Positions 25,480 through 34,554 of a stretch of DNA of 35,577 nucleotides are shown here, one piece after another. The stretch covers positions 1-35,577 of the IMG/VR virus record IMGVR_UViG_3300027819_000037; one strand, 5' to 3'. A program made the translations under genes and the position numbers. The stretch's first letter is position 1, and the number at the start of each line of letters is the position of its first letter. The notes below the pieces were generated by a model. That model ran no database searches and was not told where the DNA came from. It worked only from the letters and a program-made list of their open reading frames with translations. Source of the DNA: a virus (taxonomy: Duplodnaviria; Caudoviricetes).

Positions 25480-26915
25480 TGGCGGGCACTTACGTCACCT
25501 CGGTAAGAGCAGTCTACCCGCTCAAAGCGACCGGCGGATCCTCGCCCATCATCAGTCTGAGTCAGGGACTCTCCCTCGGGGACGTGACGCATACCGGCAC
25601 GCTCACCGCCTCGGCAGTCATCATCGGCAACGGCGGCGCGGACATCAAGCCGCTCGCCTCGCTCGGGACGACTACGACGCTCCTGCATGGAAACGCTGCG
25701 GGACTTCCTACCTGGGGCGCTGTCGACCTCGCCAACGACGTAAGCGGCAATTTGGGCGTCACGCACTTGAACAGCGGAACCAGCGCAAGCAACACGACCT
25801 TCTGGCGCGGGGACGGTACGTGGGCTACGCCAGCAGGCGGCGGCGGAACGGTCACGCACACGGCGGGCGCGCTGACGGCCTCTGCCCTAGTGGTGGGCAA
25901 CGGTAGCGACGACGAGAAGGTACTTGCCTCGCTCGGGACCACGACAACACTGCTGCACGGTAATGCGAGCGGATTGCCTACTTGGGGCGCAGTGAGCCTG
26001 ACCGCGGACGTTTCCGGCAACCTACCGGTTGCGAATCTGAATAGCGGGACAAGCGCTTCGTCCTCGACGTTCTGGCGCGGCGATGGTACGTGGGCGAACG
26101 CGAAACCGCTGGGAACACTCACGTACACCGCGCAATTGCTGAGTGCTCCGGCGGACCTGATTATTCAGGAGGCGAGTTCTTCGGGCACATGCGCCAGTAC
26201 CTCTGGGTTCCGCAAGGCGCTGTGGAACTTCGATATCTCCAAGACCGACACCTACGACAAGGCCGCCATCGGCATCAATTTGATCGACACGACAAGCGCC
26301 GGTCAACGCGCCACGAGCGGCATCGTCGTACAGGCGTACACGCTTCCCGACAACGGCGGTGACGTCTCGGCGATTTTCAGCGTCAATACGGGCGGCGGAA
26401 CGGCGGGCACGTTCTACCGCATTTCGCTTCTGCGCCCCGTCGGATATACCGACCAGAAGGATTCGATTCAGCCGGCGCTGGAAGTCGGAACGACCGATCA
26501 GTGCGCGGCAGGACTGTTCTCGGCCGGCTTGCAGACGTGGGGCGCGCATACGAACGCGGGTCAGGCACTGTGGAATCGCGTTTCTGAGTCGCACTCAAAG
26601 GGCGTTCTGATCGACCCTGACGGAAGTGGTTTCGACACCCGAGAGATGTTCGCGATTGGAACCTTTAACAAGGGCGTCTCGTCGAACTCTGCGCGGACGC
26701 TCTGGATTGCTGGAAACGGCACAATCTACGGCGGCGATTCTGGCGCGAGCACGAATGTCAGGCGCGTCACGTTCAAGACGACGAACGACGCCACCGCAGG
26801 GCGCATGGCGTTCAACGGGTGTGAGACTGCGGCAACTGCCGGGGCTGTCTCAGAGTACATGGTGATCGAAGTCGACGGCAACGTGCGCAAGCTCGCAATG
26901 TACGCATCTACGTAA
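25479..26915 (+). CDS. Second tail fibre/spike protein with a tandem repeat
   Basis: TGATG coupling; FWRGDGTWA fibre motifs; Gly/Ser/Thr-rich. Confidence 0.75.
   Translation: MAGTYVTSVRAVYPLKATGGSSPIISLSQGLSLGDVTHTGTLTASAVIIGNGGADIKPLASLGTTTTLLHGNAAGLPTWGAVDLANDVSGNLGVTHLNSGTSASNTTFWRGDGTWATPAGGGGTVTHTAGALTASALVVGNGSDDEKVLASLGTTTTLLHGNASGLPTWGAVSLTADVSGNLPVANLNSGTSASSSTFWRGDGTWANAKPLGTLTYTAQLLSAPADLIIQEASSSGTCASTSGFRKALWNFDISKTDTYDKAAIGINLIDTTSAGQRATSGIVVQAYTLPDNGGDVSAIFSVNTGGGTAGTFYRISLLRPVGYTDQKDSIQPALEVGTTDQCAAGLFSAGLQTWGAHTNAGQALWNRVSESHSKGVLIDPDGSGFDTREMFAIGTFNKGVSSNSARTLWIAGNGTIYGGDSGASTNVRRVTFKTTNDATAGRMAFNGCETAATAGAVSEYMVIEVDGNVRKLAMYAST
25584..26096 (+). repeat. Tandem ~81 aa duplication in fibre 2 (25584-25826 and 25851-26096)
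   Basis: VTHT..LTASA...GNG....[50 protein letters not shown] occurs twice. Confidence 0.9.
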
Positions 26916-26924
26916 GGAGACAAC

Positions 26925-27110
26925 ATGCAATTTCTGCTCGACGAACAGATGAAGAACTGGCTGCTGGAATATCTCTCCAACCGTCCCTGGAGGGAGGTGG
27001 AAGTCGCGATGCACGCACTGCAACAGATTTCTCAGGTGCCGCCGGAATCTACACAACAGGCGAAAACTTCGATGCCCAAAGCAATAACGGCGCAAAAACC
27101 AGCAACCTAG
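26925..27110 (+). CDS. Small protein after the fibres (possible chaperone)
   Basis: AAGGAG RBS; LLEYLSNRPWREV. Confidence 0.7.
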   Translation: MQFLLDEQMKNWLLEYLSNRPWREVEVAMHALQQISQVPPESTQQAKTSMPKAITAQKPAT

Positions 27111-27121
27111 GTAAAGGATAG

Positions 27122-27364
27122 ATGATGGATGAAAATACCGTGCTGCAATCGCTTGGGCGCATCGAGGGCGGGCTGGAAGCGCTCAAGGAACGCTTCGTCG
27201 CGCACACGCAGCAGGAAGAGCTTCGCATGACAGCAATGAGCACGGATATTACAGCCATCAAAGATACAGTGAGTCGGGCCAAGGGGGCAAAGACCTTGCT
27301 CAGTTGGCTTGTTGGAATATTCATCGGCGGCTACGCGCTTGTGCATGGGTGGCTTGCGAAATGA
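27122..27364 (+). CDS. Coiled-coil plus single-TM lysis-region protein
   Basis: LGRIEGGLEAL coiled coil; C-terminal hydrophobic helix. Confidence 0.7.
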   Translation: MMDENTVLQSLGRIEGGLEALKERFVAHTQQEELRMTAMSTDITAIKDTVSRAKGAKTLLSWLVGIFIGGYALVHGWLAK

Positions 27365-27374
27365 GGGGACGTAA

Positions 27375-27641
27375 GTGAAAGACAAATTCCGCATGGCACA
27401 GTGGCTTCTGTTCGCGGCATTCTTCTACGCCATGGCGCTCTACGCCTTCGGCTCGCAGCCGCAGCTCCAAACGCTCGCCTGGAAACTCGGGAACCTGACG
27501 GTGGCCGCTTTCACGGGCTACTGGATAGACCGCAGGGCGTTCCCCGTGGCGAGGATTGATCAAGCCTCGAGCGATCTACGGCACATCCGCCGGGCGATCA
27601 TCATGTCGGCGGCGATGTTGTCGGTGGCGATGGGACTCTGA
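27375..27641 (+). CDS. Putative holin (2/3-TM family)
   Basis: KL..LTVAAFTGYWIDRRAFP...RRAIIMSAAML.VAMGL; directly upstream of the endolysin. Confidence 0.8.
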   Translation: MKDKFRMAQWLLFAAFFYAMALYAFGSQPQLQTLAWKLGNLTVAAFTGYWIDRRAFPVARIDQASSDLRHIRRAIIMSAAMLSVAMGL

Positions 27642-28252
27642 TGAATCCGGTGCCGGTCATACTCGCGGCGCTTCTCCTCGGATGGACGATCTTCGCCGAC
27701 GTGTTTTCGGCTCCTCCTGCTGCCGCATTGAAATACCGGCCCGACCTGACCCGCGAAGCACATTTCGTCTTTGGCCTGCGGGCACCAATCGACTACCTTG
27801 CCGGCCAGATCCACCAGGAGTCCGGTTGGCGTCCTGGCATCACCGCCTGGGACAACGGCCGTGGGCTTGCCCAATTCATGGACCCGACCGCCAAGTGGGT
27901 AGCCGAGAAGTACCCGGAAGTGGGCGAGCCAGCCCCGTATGACCCGCTGTGGGCGATCCGCGCCATGGTGCGCCTAGATGCCTTCAACGCCGGCAAAGTC
28001 GCGGCTGAGACTCCCTGTGACCGCTGGGGGGCCGGGTTGAAGGCGTACAACGCCGGCCTGGGGTACGTGCTGCGGGCGCAGAAACGCTTCAATCCTCCGG
28101 GGCGGTGGTTCGGCGGGGTGGAGCTCGTCAACGCCGGCCAATCGGCCAAGAACTTCGAGTACAGCCGCCTCTATCCCCGGTGGATCATTTTCAAGCACGC
28201 GCCCAGGTACGCCGCCTGGGGAAGCGGCGTCAACTGCGAGGGCAGATTATGA
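27641..28252 (+). CDS. Endolysin, SLT-type lytic transglycosylase with an N-terminal signal/anchor
   Basis: AGQIHQESGW (catalytic Glu), GLAQFM..TA and AYNAGLG motifs; hydrophobic N-terminus. Confidence 0.9.
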   Translation: MNPVPVILAALLLGWTIFADVFSAPPAAALKYRPDLTREAHFVFGLRAPIDYLAGQIHQESGWRPGITAWDNGRGLAQFMDPTAKWVAEKYPEVGEPAPYDPLWAIRAMVRLDAFNAGKVAAETPCDRWGAGLKAYNAGLGYVLRAQKRFNPPGRWFGGVELVNAGQSAKNFEYSRLYPRWIIFKHAPRYAAWGSGVNCEGRL

Positions 28253-28758
28253 ATGCACTAGCTATTTTCCAAGGGCCGTATGCGCTATTGGCGAGATGGG
28301 CGGTCATTGGGCTACTCGCCCTGGCAATCGGCACCTTCGGCTGGGTCAAGGGCAACGAACACGGCACACGCAAACTCACCGAGTATCAGGCGAAGCAGGC
28401 CATGGAAGCGGTGCGAATAATCAAGGGCCGCGATACGGTGACCGTACAGACTCTCGTGCGTTATGTCAGGGTAGCAGCCGCAACCAAGGTGGTGAAAGAG
28501 ACAGTCGAAAAGGAGGTAACGAAGTATGCCGAGGCTAACCCTACTCTTACCCTTGATGCTCGTTGGCGCGTGCTCCACGATGCAGCCGCCGCTAACACCG
28601 TTCCCCCATCCTCCGGAGGAACTGATGCAGCCGGCGGAGCGCCCACGGCCGCTGCCGCCCTCGCAACCGTCACCAAAAACTACGCCGCCTGTAACCGGAC
28701 ATCGGATCGGCTAGACGGACTGCAGCAGTGGGTGCGGGCGCAGGAGGCGCTCAGGTAG
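28249..28758 (+). CDS. Rz: Inner-membrane spanin (Rz-like)
   Basis: N-terminal TM; RW..LHDAAA and NY.AC.....RL.GLQ.WV motifs; follows the endolysin. Confidence 0.8.
   Translation: MNALAIFQGPYALLARWAVIGLLALAIGTFGWVKGNEHGTRKLTEYQAKQAMEAVRIIKGRDTVTVQTLVRYVRVAAATKVVKETVEKEVTKYAEANPTLTLDARWRVLHDAAAANTVPPSSGGTDAAGGAPTAAAALATVTKNYAACNRTSDRLDGLQQWVRAQEALR
28526..28714 (+). CDS. Rz1: Outer-membrane spanin lipoprotein embedded in Rz (+1 frame)
   Basis: Lipobox LVGAC; Pro-rich mature part; AAGGAGG upstream. Confidence 0.75.
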   Translation: MPRLTLLLPLMLVGACSTMQPPLTPFPHPPEELMQPAERPRPLPPSQPSPKTTPPVTGHRIG

Positions 28759-28762
28759 TCAG

Positions 28763-29251
28763 TTAGCGGCTCGGAACGTAAAACACGTTCTCCGCTGCCG
28801 CATGCCATTTCTCGACGCACCCCGGATGCGCCTGATCGGGCGGGCTGCTGTGGTGTTTCGCGTTGCAAGCGCAGCAGAAATTTCTCCTCAGATCGTAGAC
28901 AGGCCAGTAAATGGTATGCGTGGCGAGATCCTTTCCGCAGCCCTCGCAGATCGGAATTGACTCCACCGCCTCGCACCGGTCACGCCCGGGAATCGCATCC
29001 GGCGTGGAATTGCCGTGCCGATAGGTGCTGATCGTAGCTTTCAGGATTCTGCGGCAGTGCGGGCAGTAGATACGATCGGTTACCGTGTACCGCTCCTTGA
29101 GCACATTGAAAGTATCGCTGCGGGTCAGGCGCCTGGCGTGCAGCGATAAACGGCACAACCTGGGATCGCCGATCCGTGCCACGTACCAGATGACCGCTGC
29201 GGCAAGCGTCGGCAGGGCTACTAAGAGCAGGAATACCATCATCGCCCCCAT
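28763..29251 (-). CDS. Membrane-anchored Cys-rich hypothetical protein
   Basis: N-terminal TM; CPHC, CEGC and CCAC motifs. Confidence 0.5.
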   Translation of the reverse strand: MGAMMVFLLLVALPTLAAAVIWYVARIGDPRLCRLSLHARRLTRSDTFNVLKERYTVTDRIYCPHCRRILKATISTYRHGNSTPDAIPGRDRCEAVESIPICEGCGKDLATHTIYWPVYDLRRNFCCACNAKHHSSPPDQAHPGCVEKWHAAAENVFYVPSR

Positions 29252-29264
29252 TTCTCAGCAGCGT

Positions 29265-29801
29265 CTAAGGTAGCACTTTCTTCTGCGTCAGCAAAGCCGC
29301 GCAGAATAGGCACCCGCCGGCGTGGTCGTCCATGGAGTGGTGATGTCCGCACGGTAACGTGCTCTTGGCGGCCTCCACAGCACCATTGAGCAGTCGCACC
29401 GTCTGCTCGTGATCCTCACGCAACGCGGCCATGTCCTTTTGCATGTAGGCCAGCTCCTCGGTGCGTTGCCTGAGCGCCTGTAGTGCATCGTCCCGTTCTG
29501 CGATCGCATCCGCCCGCGCCTGGACGATCTTCGCCTCGGCCTTGCGCACGTTCTCCCGCTCGGCGACGATCTCGGCTTGCAAACGGCCGCATTCGGCGAC
29601 GAACTTCGTACCGGCTTCGTCCCATTTCACCTCCCACTTGGACAGCCAGCCTTGGGCTTCCTTGAGGCTTGCCTGACAAGTAATCAGGTCTTCCTCGATT
29701 TTTCGACAGCCCTCCATTGGAACCCACATGTCGCCCTTGAGGGGCGGCCTCCCCTTCGGGTATTCAAGTGGCTTCAATGCATCGGTGCGCGGAGTGTCCA
29801 T
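29265..29801 (-). CDS. Coiled-coil phage accessory protein (TPRTD type)
   Basis: MDTPRTDA start; coiled coil; LPCGH...CLFC end; AGGA RBS. Confidence 0.7.
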   Translation of the reverse strand: MDTPRTDALKPLEYPKGRPPLKGDMWVPMEGCRKIEEDLITCQASLKEAQGWLSKWEVKWDEAGTKFVAECGRLQAEIVAERENVRKAEAKIVQARADAIAERDDALQALRQRTEELAYMQKDMAALREDHEQTVRLLNGAVEAAKSTLPCGHHHSMDDHAGGCLFCAALLTQKKVLP

Positions 29802-29807
29802 GATTTC

Positions 29808-30047
29808 CTACGTGGTCTGATTGGATAGGAGCGGCGGCTTCCTGCCGAAGGTGTCGACGTAGAGGGCCCAGATCGCCTCGCCGTGGATGTGGTCCGGTAT
29901 CCCGCCGTTGATGAGATGGTAGACCGTGCCCTTGCTTTCGTAGCCGAGTTTCTCGATCAGCACCCGGTAGGTGAAGCGGTGCGTCAACTGCCGCACGGCT
30001 TGCGCATAGTCGAACCCGACGACCTCGTACAAGGGGGCGTCAGCCAT
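29808..30047 (-). CDS. Small HTH DNA-binding protein
   Basis: TYRVLIEKLGYESKGTVYHLINGGIPDH.HGEAIWALY; overlaps the wbqC stop. Confidence 0.65.
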   Translation of the reverse strand: MADAPLYEVVGFDYAQAVRQLTHRFTYRVLIEKLGYESKGTVYHLINGGIPDHIHGEAIWALYVDTFGRKPPLLSNQTT

Positions 30048-30726
30048 TCTTGAGGATCTCCAGGCTGTCGGGGCCGCAGTTCATCATCAAGTCCAGCACC
30101 GACAGGTTCGGCACGAATGCCCCGTGGAGCTGCGGGTACACGGGATGCCGGTACTCCTGAAACAGCGGTTCGACACCAGCTTTGCGAAACGCCTCGACGT
30201 CTGCGTAGTCTCGACCGAGCGGCCCGAAGACGTAGGTACTGGCACCCATCTTCACGCACATGTCCAGGACCAGGGCGGATTTCGTGCCCTCGAATCCCTG
30301 TTCGGAGGCGCACGTAATTGGAATATCGACGCCAAGGTAACCAAGCACAAAGTCGAGCAGAGTTCGATCGAGCGCGGCGAGATAGTGCCAGTCCTTCGAA
30401 TAGATGGCCCGCAACGCGTCGAAGATGGCCTCGAAATAGGGTGCCTTCTGGTAGGCGAGTTCGATCGCGCGAAGATGTTTTCTCCGCCAGTTGCCCGGAA
30501 CGATGCGAATCTCAGAGAGCGGCTTGGACAGGTGATCATCTAAGCGGCACGGCACCGTCAGCCATTGCACGCCCGTAGCCGTCTTGATGCGATTCCGGTT
30601 CGAGAATCCATGCCGCTCCATCGGCACGCCGTCGAAGATCACGAACTTGTCGGCAGCGGCAATCTTGGCAATGTTGCCGAGGTAGGGCAAAAAAACAGGT
30701 TGATGTGCTGATAATACGCGGCTCAT
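30040..30726 (-). CDS. wbqC: WbqC-like family protein
   Basis: HQPVFLPYLG...KIA.AD.FV.FD, NRNRIKT..G.QWLTVP, Y.KAPYF and YPQLHG.FVPNLSVLD motifs. Confidence 0.93.
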   Translation of the reverse strand: MSRVLSAHQPVFLPYLGNIAKIAAADKFVIFDGVPMERHGFSNRNRIKTATGVQWLTVPCRLDDHLSKPLSEIRIVPGNWRRKHLRAIELAYQKAPYFEAIFDALRAIYSKDWHYLAALDRTLLDFVLGYLGVDIPITCASEQGFEGTKSALVLDMCVKMGASTYVFGPLGRDYADVEAFRKAGVEPLFQEYRHPVYPQLHGAFVPNLSVLDLMMNCGPDSLEILKNG

Positions 30727-32081
30727 GCGACTCTCGCTTGTCCGGTGTGCTTACGAACCTGGAAACTGATAAGTTGCTCCACGGTCTCGGCATACTTGAA
30801 GTCTTCTGGCCGGCGCTCCTTCCACAGCCTGCGCGCCTCCAGCACATACGGCTCGATCAGGTGCCAGTCCTCGTCCGGGAAGTTCTTGCGCGTGTTGTCA
30901 AGGCGAAAGCAGAGACCTGCGCACCAATACGTTGCGTCCACCATGAGCTTCAGCTCGCCCCACTCCTTCATGGTCTTCGGAGGGTCGAATCGCTCGATGC
31001 CGTCGCCCTTCACCGCCATGTCGTAGGCGGGGCCGCCGGGGTAGGGAGTGAAGCGATAGACCGACGCCCGGGCTTCCGGTGCCACGTCCATGATCCAGTC
31101 GATCAGGTCCATGGTATCGAGCCACTGTTCGTGCGTCTCGTGCGGCATGCCGCGGACCCAGGAGTTCATCACCGAGATTCCTGAGCCAGCCATGCACAGG
31201 TTCGCGTTCTTGATGGCATCGACACCGTGGCCCTTCTTGATGACGTTCTTCAGGAACCAGTCATTCCCGGACTCGCAGCCGAATTCGATTGAGTAGCAGC
31301 CTGACCAGGCCATCGCGTCGACGAGTTCCGGCGTGATGTAGTCGCTTCGAATGTTGCCATCCCAGCGGATACCGTGTTTGCGGAGGATGCGGCCGATGCC
31401 CTTCATGCGATCCACTCGGTCAACGTGCTGCGTCACGCCTTCCGCGTCCTTGTACTTGTGGTAGCCGATGTTCGGGTCCGAGAACGAGACTTCGGTGAAG
31501 CCGGTCAGGTCGTAAACCGTGTCCACTTGACGCTCCAGCGCGTCCAACTCCCTGGGCGACCATTGAGAGCGCAGCGCGCAGAACGTGCACGCATACGGGC
31601 AGCCCGTGCTGGTGACCATCTGTAGATCACCGCGCTTCCACAGTCGATGCGTTGCAGGCGAAAACGGGAATAGGTCTTCGCCGTATGCCCTGTTAGGCCA
31701 CACCACATCAACCAATGGCTCAGCCTCAACATCCTTCGAGCACGTCCGCGCATGGTGCCCTCCCACATTCACGACGATCTTCGGATTGATCTGTTTCGCC
31801 CGCACGATCACGTCATGCGCCCGGGCGCACTGGTAGCCGGTGAACGCCGACACGCCGATCTGCGCCGAGTCCCGGATCAACTGCTCCATCATGTCCCACG
31901 AGTCCCAGCGCAGGTCGACGTACTCGACGTGCATTCCTTGCGCCTCGAACATCGCGCCGGGGTACATGATCGAGAGCGGCGTGAGATTGAATGGAGAATC
32001 CATGCAGGGCGATGGATAGACCATGAGCATGTCTATCGGCTTGTCGCGCACGACTGCGGGAGTGAACTTGACCACGTTCAT
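30723..32081 (-). CDS. B12-binding radical SAM enzyme
   Basis: TSTGCPYACTFC (CxxxCxxC); N-terminal PLSIMY...IGVSAFT...VGGHHA cobalamin-domain pattern; FGCESG, GMPHET and FTPYPG motifs. Confidence 0.9.
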   Translation of the reverse strand: MNVVKFTPAVVRDKPIDMLMVYPSPCMDSPFNLTPLSIMYPGAMFEAQGMHVEYVDLRWDSWDMMEQLIRDSAQIGVSAFTGYQCARAHDVIVRAKQINPKIVVNVGGHHARTCSKDVEAEPLVDVVWPNRAYGEDLFPFSPATHRLWKRGDLQMVTSTGCPYACTFCALRSQWSPRELDALERQVDTVYDLTGFTEVSFSDPNIGYHKYKDAEGVTQHVDRVDRMKGIGRILRKHGIRWDGNIRSDYITPELVDAMAWSGCYSIEFGCESGNDWFLKNVIKKGHGVDAIKNANLCMAGSGISVMNSWVRGMPHETHEQWLDTMDLIDWIMDVAPEARASVYRFTPYPGGPAYDMAVKGDGIERFDPPKTMKEWGELKLMVDATYWCAGLCFRLDNTRKNFPDEDWHLIEPYVLEARRLWKERRPEDFKYAETVEQLISFQVRKHTGQARVA

Positions 32082-32923
32082 GCGACGCCCCTCAACACCT
32101 CTCCAGCCCTGCGCTGAAACTTGCGTTTCTGCTCCCGCTCCCGCTCCGACAGTTCGAACCTGCCGTTGCCGCGCATCGCCCACGCTTTCTTGATCGCCGC
32201 GACCCAGGACGCCAGTTCTGCCGGATTGCAGGCCCACGCGTGCTCCGGGCCGGGGAGAGAATGGTCGAGGGTGAAGTGCTTTTCCAGCACCACCGCACGC
32301 AGAGCAATCGCCATGACAGACGCTACATTGCCAACCGTATGATCGGAGAATCCGGTCCAGCCATATTCAAAATCGTAGTACAGATTGCGTAGACGATGGA
32401 TGTTCACCTCGCTAGGTGGTGTCGGGTACTGCGACGTACATGCCATCGCAATGAAACCCGCGCGAGGCAGTTTGTCAAACGTGCGAGTTATGTCTCTCTT
32501 GTCTGACATGCCGGTAGACAGGATCAGCGGCAACCCATGCCTTGCGTATTCCCGCAGCAGCGGCAAGTTGCAAAAATCATCCGACCCGACCTTGATCGCC
32601 GGCATCCCGAGCGGCAGCAACTTTGCAAGGTCCGAAGGATTCTGCGGCGTGCTCAGGAACACGATTCCCCGGTGCTTGCAGTAGTCCGACAGCACGGGCC
32701 ATGCCTTGTCCGGAAGTTCGCACTGCTTGAATGTGGAGTACATGGGATCGTCCGGACGGCAGAAACCATCAACCGAATACGTCTGAAATTTGACAGCAGT
32801 ACACCCTGCGTCGTGTGCCGCATCGACCATGCGCAACGCCCTGGTAATGTCGCCAAGGTGGTTCAGGCTCGCCTCGGCGATGGTGAAGGGTTCGACGCCG
32901 ATTTCGTGTGGGCCGATCTTCAT
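32078..32923 (-). CDS. neuB: NeuB/PseI-family nonulosonic acid synthase (281 aa, no SAF domain)
   Basis: IAEASLNHLGD, AVKFQTY, FLSTP, IKVGS, PLILSTGM, CTSQYP, GFSDHT and EKHFTLD motifs. Confidence 0.93.
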   Translation of the reverse strand: MKIGPHEIGVEPFTIAEASLNHLGDITRALRMVDAAHDAGCTAVKFQTYSVDGFCRPDDPMYSTFKQCELPDKAWPVLSDYCKHRGIVFLSTPQNPSDLAKLLPLGMPAIKVGSDDFCNLPLLREYARHGLPLILSTGMSDKRDITRTFDKLPRAGFIAMACTSQYPTPPSEVNIHRLRNLYYDFEYGWTGFSDHTVGNVASVMAIALRAVVLEKHFTLDHSLPGPEHAWACNPAELASWVAAIKKAWAMRGNGRFELSEREREQKRKFQRRAGEVLRGVA

Positions 32924-33573
32924 GCGATCATTCTCCCAATTTCGAAAGCCTCTGCGAAGTTCGCCCCGACCGTTGCCGCCCGGTGCCACATGAGCGACTG
33001 AATCGCATGCAGCGACCTAGCGTGCGGGTACTCGCGCAATTCCTCCGCATAGCATTTCAGCGCCTCCAACTTCGCATCCCACTCGCGCTCGTTCAGGAGC
33101 ACGAACCAGTCCGGGTCGAAACCACCAGCCCATTCCGTCGAACTGCACACTTCGCCCATCAGCAGGGTGCGCACCGATTGGCCGGGATACGGGCGACACG
33201 CGACCGTCGTGCATTCGCTCACGATCCGGTGATCGAGATTCATGTCCCCATGCCAGTGTGTATAGACGATGGAAGGCTCGAAATCCCTGGCAAACATCTC
33301 GATGCATTTGGTGAGCTTCAGTCGGGGTACGCCGTCCAGTTGCTGGTCGTAGAAGTCAAGGGACACCCAGGTAAAGCCGAGGCGCTCCGCGGCACGATCC
33401 AACTGGAGATTGCGGATGTCCTTGTCGGCACTCTGGTCCCTGCTGGTGACGCCGTCCGCAGCCACCAGCACCCGAACCTCGTCGCCGGCGCAGACGTGTT
33501 TCGCGATCGTCCCCCCGCACATGATCGTCTCGTCGTCGGGGTGCGCCACGGTGACCATCACGCGCTCAGTCAT
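32920..33573 (-). CDS. PIG-L/LmbE family de-N-acetylase
   Basis: VAHPDDETI.CGGTI, HGDMNLDH, YPHARS and AEAF motifs. Confidence 0.92.
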   Translation of the reverse strand: MTERVMVTVAHPDDETIMCGGTIAKHVCAGDEVRVLVAADGVTSRDQSADKDIRNLQLDRAAERLGFTWVSLDFYDQQLDGVPRLKLTKCIEMFARDFEPSIVYTHWHGDMNLDHRIVSECTTVACRPYPGQSVRTLLMGEVCSSTEWAGGFDPDWFVLLNEREWDAKLEALKCYAEELREYPHARSLHAIQSLMWHRAATVGANFAEAFEIGRMIA

Positions 33574-34000
33574 CGCGCCTCACCCAAGTCTCTTGTAGCG
33601 GAACGAATCCCATCTCGCCGAAGAATTCAGCCGACGCTACGTTGTTGACGGCGATGTTGGCGAGCCACTTTCCGTTCCTGATGGCGGGAATCGGAGGCAG
33701 GGGCGGGTAGTCCCTCAGAAACATGGTCAGCGCCGTCCTTCCGTACCCGTGCCTCTGAAATCGTTTCAGGATCGAAATGCCGAGTTCGTTCCTGTCCGTG
33801 GCCTCGATTGCGCCGACGAATGCGGCCTGTACCTGGATCAGCAGCCAGAGGCGGAAAGGCCGCATGGCAACGAAGAGCTTGTGCGCCTCTAGTGTGGGCA
33901 TTGCTTCGTGCGAAATCCACGACTCTGGCGGACGCTCTGCCATGATCTCGTACAGGACGGAGATTGCCCTCGGTTCGCTGTAGACGTCGACTAGGTGCAT
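33566..34000 (-). CDS. GNAT N-acetyltransferase (PseH-like)
   Basis: ELGISILKRFQRHGYG acetyl-CoA motif; N.AS..FF.EMGF. Confidence 0.85.
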   Translation of the reverse strand: MHLVDVYSEPRAISVLYEIMAERPPESWISHEAMPTLEAHKLFVAMRPFRLWLLIQVQAAFVGAIEATDRNELGISILKRFQRHGYGRTALTMFLRDYPPLPPIPAIRNGKWLANIAVNNVASAEFFGEMGFVPLQETWVRRDD

Positions 34001-34554
34001 TGCCCGACCCATTTCGCGTACATCTGCTCGGCCAGTTGCCAGTCGCTCTCGTCGTCGATGTCAATCCAACGGTCGGCCGGACCTTCGATCATGAGGGCGT
34101 TGTGCAATTCGGGATGCTCTAGGAACGTCTGGACGGCGCCCCAATAGAACCAACCTTGCGTGAACACATACGGATAGCGATCTTTGCGCAGTTCGTTCAA
34201 GCCCCGGCGCAGGTCATCAGGCCAGAGCATCGGCGCGCAGGGGTAGATGCAGCAGCACTCCCCGTCCGTGGCACCCAATTCCAGCAGGGCATGGCGCGTG
34301 ACCTCCTGGGTGCCACAGTCTGGCGCTCCGATCTCAGCCAACTTGAATGGCCTTTGAACGATTTCCGCGCCGTATGCTCCGGCATGAATCTCGACGAAAC
34401 GGTCTTCCGTGCTCACAGCGATCCGATCGAACAGGCCCGAGGATTTCGCCGTGCCGATGCTGTACGCCAGGATGGGCTTGCCGTGGAACGTCCTCACGTT
34501 CTTGTGCGGAATGCGCCGGGAGTGACCCTTGGCGGGGATGACGGCGATCCTCAC
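33991..34554 (-). CDS. pseF: CMP-nonulosonate synthetase, PseF-like cytidylyltransferase
   Basis: GTG start overlaps the upstream stop; IPAKGHSRRIPHKN...GKPILAYSI, SGLFDRIAVSTED, CCIYP.AP, G.FYWG and DID..SDW..AE motifs. Confidence 0.88.
   Translation of the reverse strand: MRIAVIPAKGHSRRIPHKNVRTFHGKPILAYSIGTAKSSGLFDRIAVSTEDRFVEIHAGAYGAEIVQRPFKLAEIGAPDCGTQEVTRHALLELGATDGECCCIYPCAPMLWPDDLRRGLNELRKDRYPYVFTQGWFYWGAVQTFLEHPELHNALMIEGPADRWIDIDDESDWQLAEQMYAKWVGQCT

Noticed and set aside
24097-26915. Diversity-generating retroelement, suggested by the BPP-1-like layout and repeats in the fibres
   Set aside because: No reverse transcriptase in the window; the repeats are in-frame internal duplications without adenine-specific mismatches.
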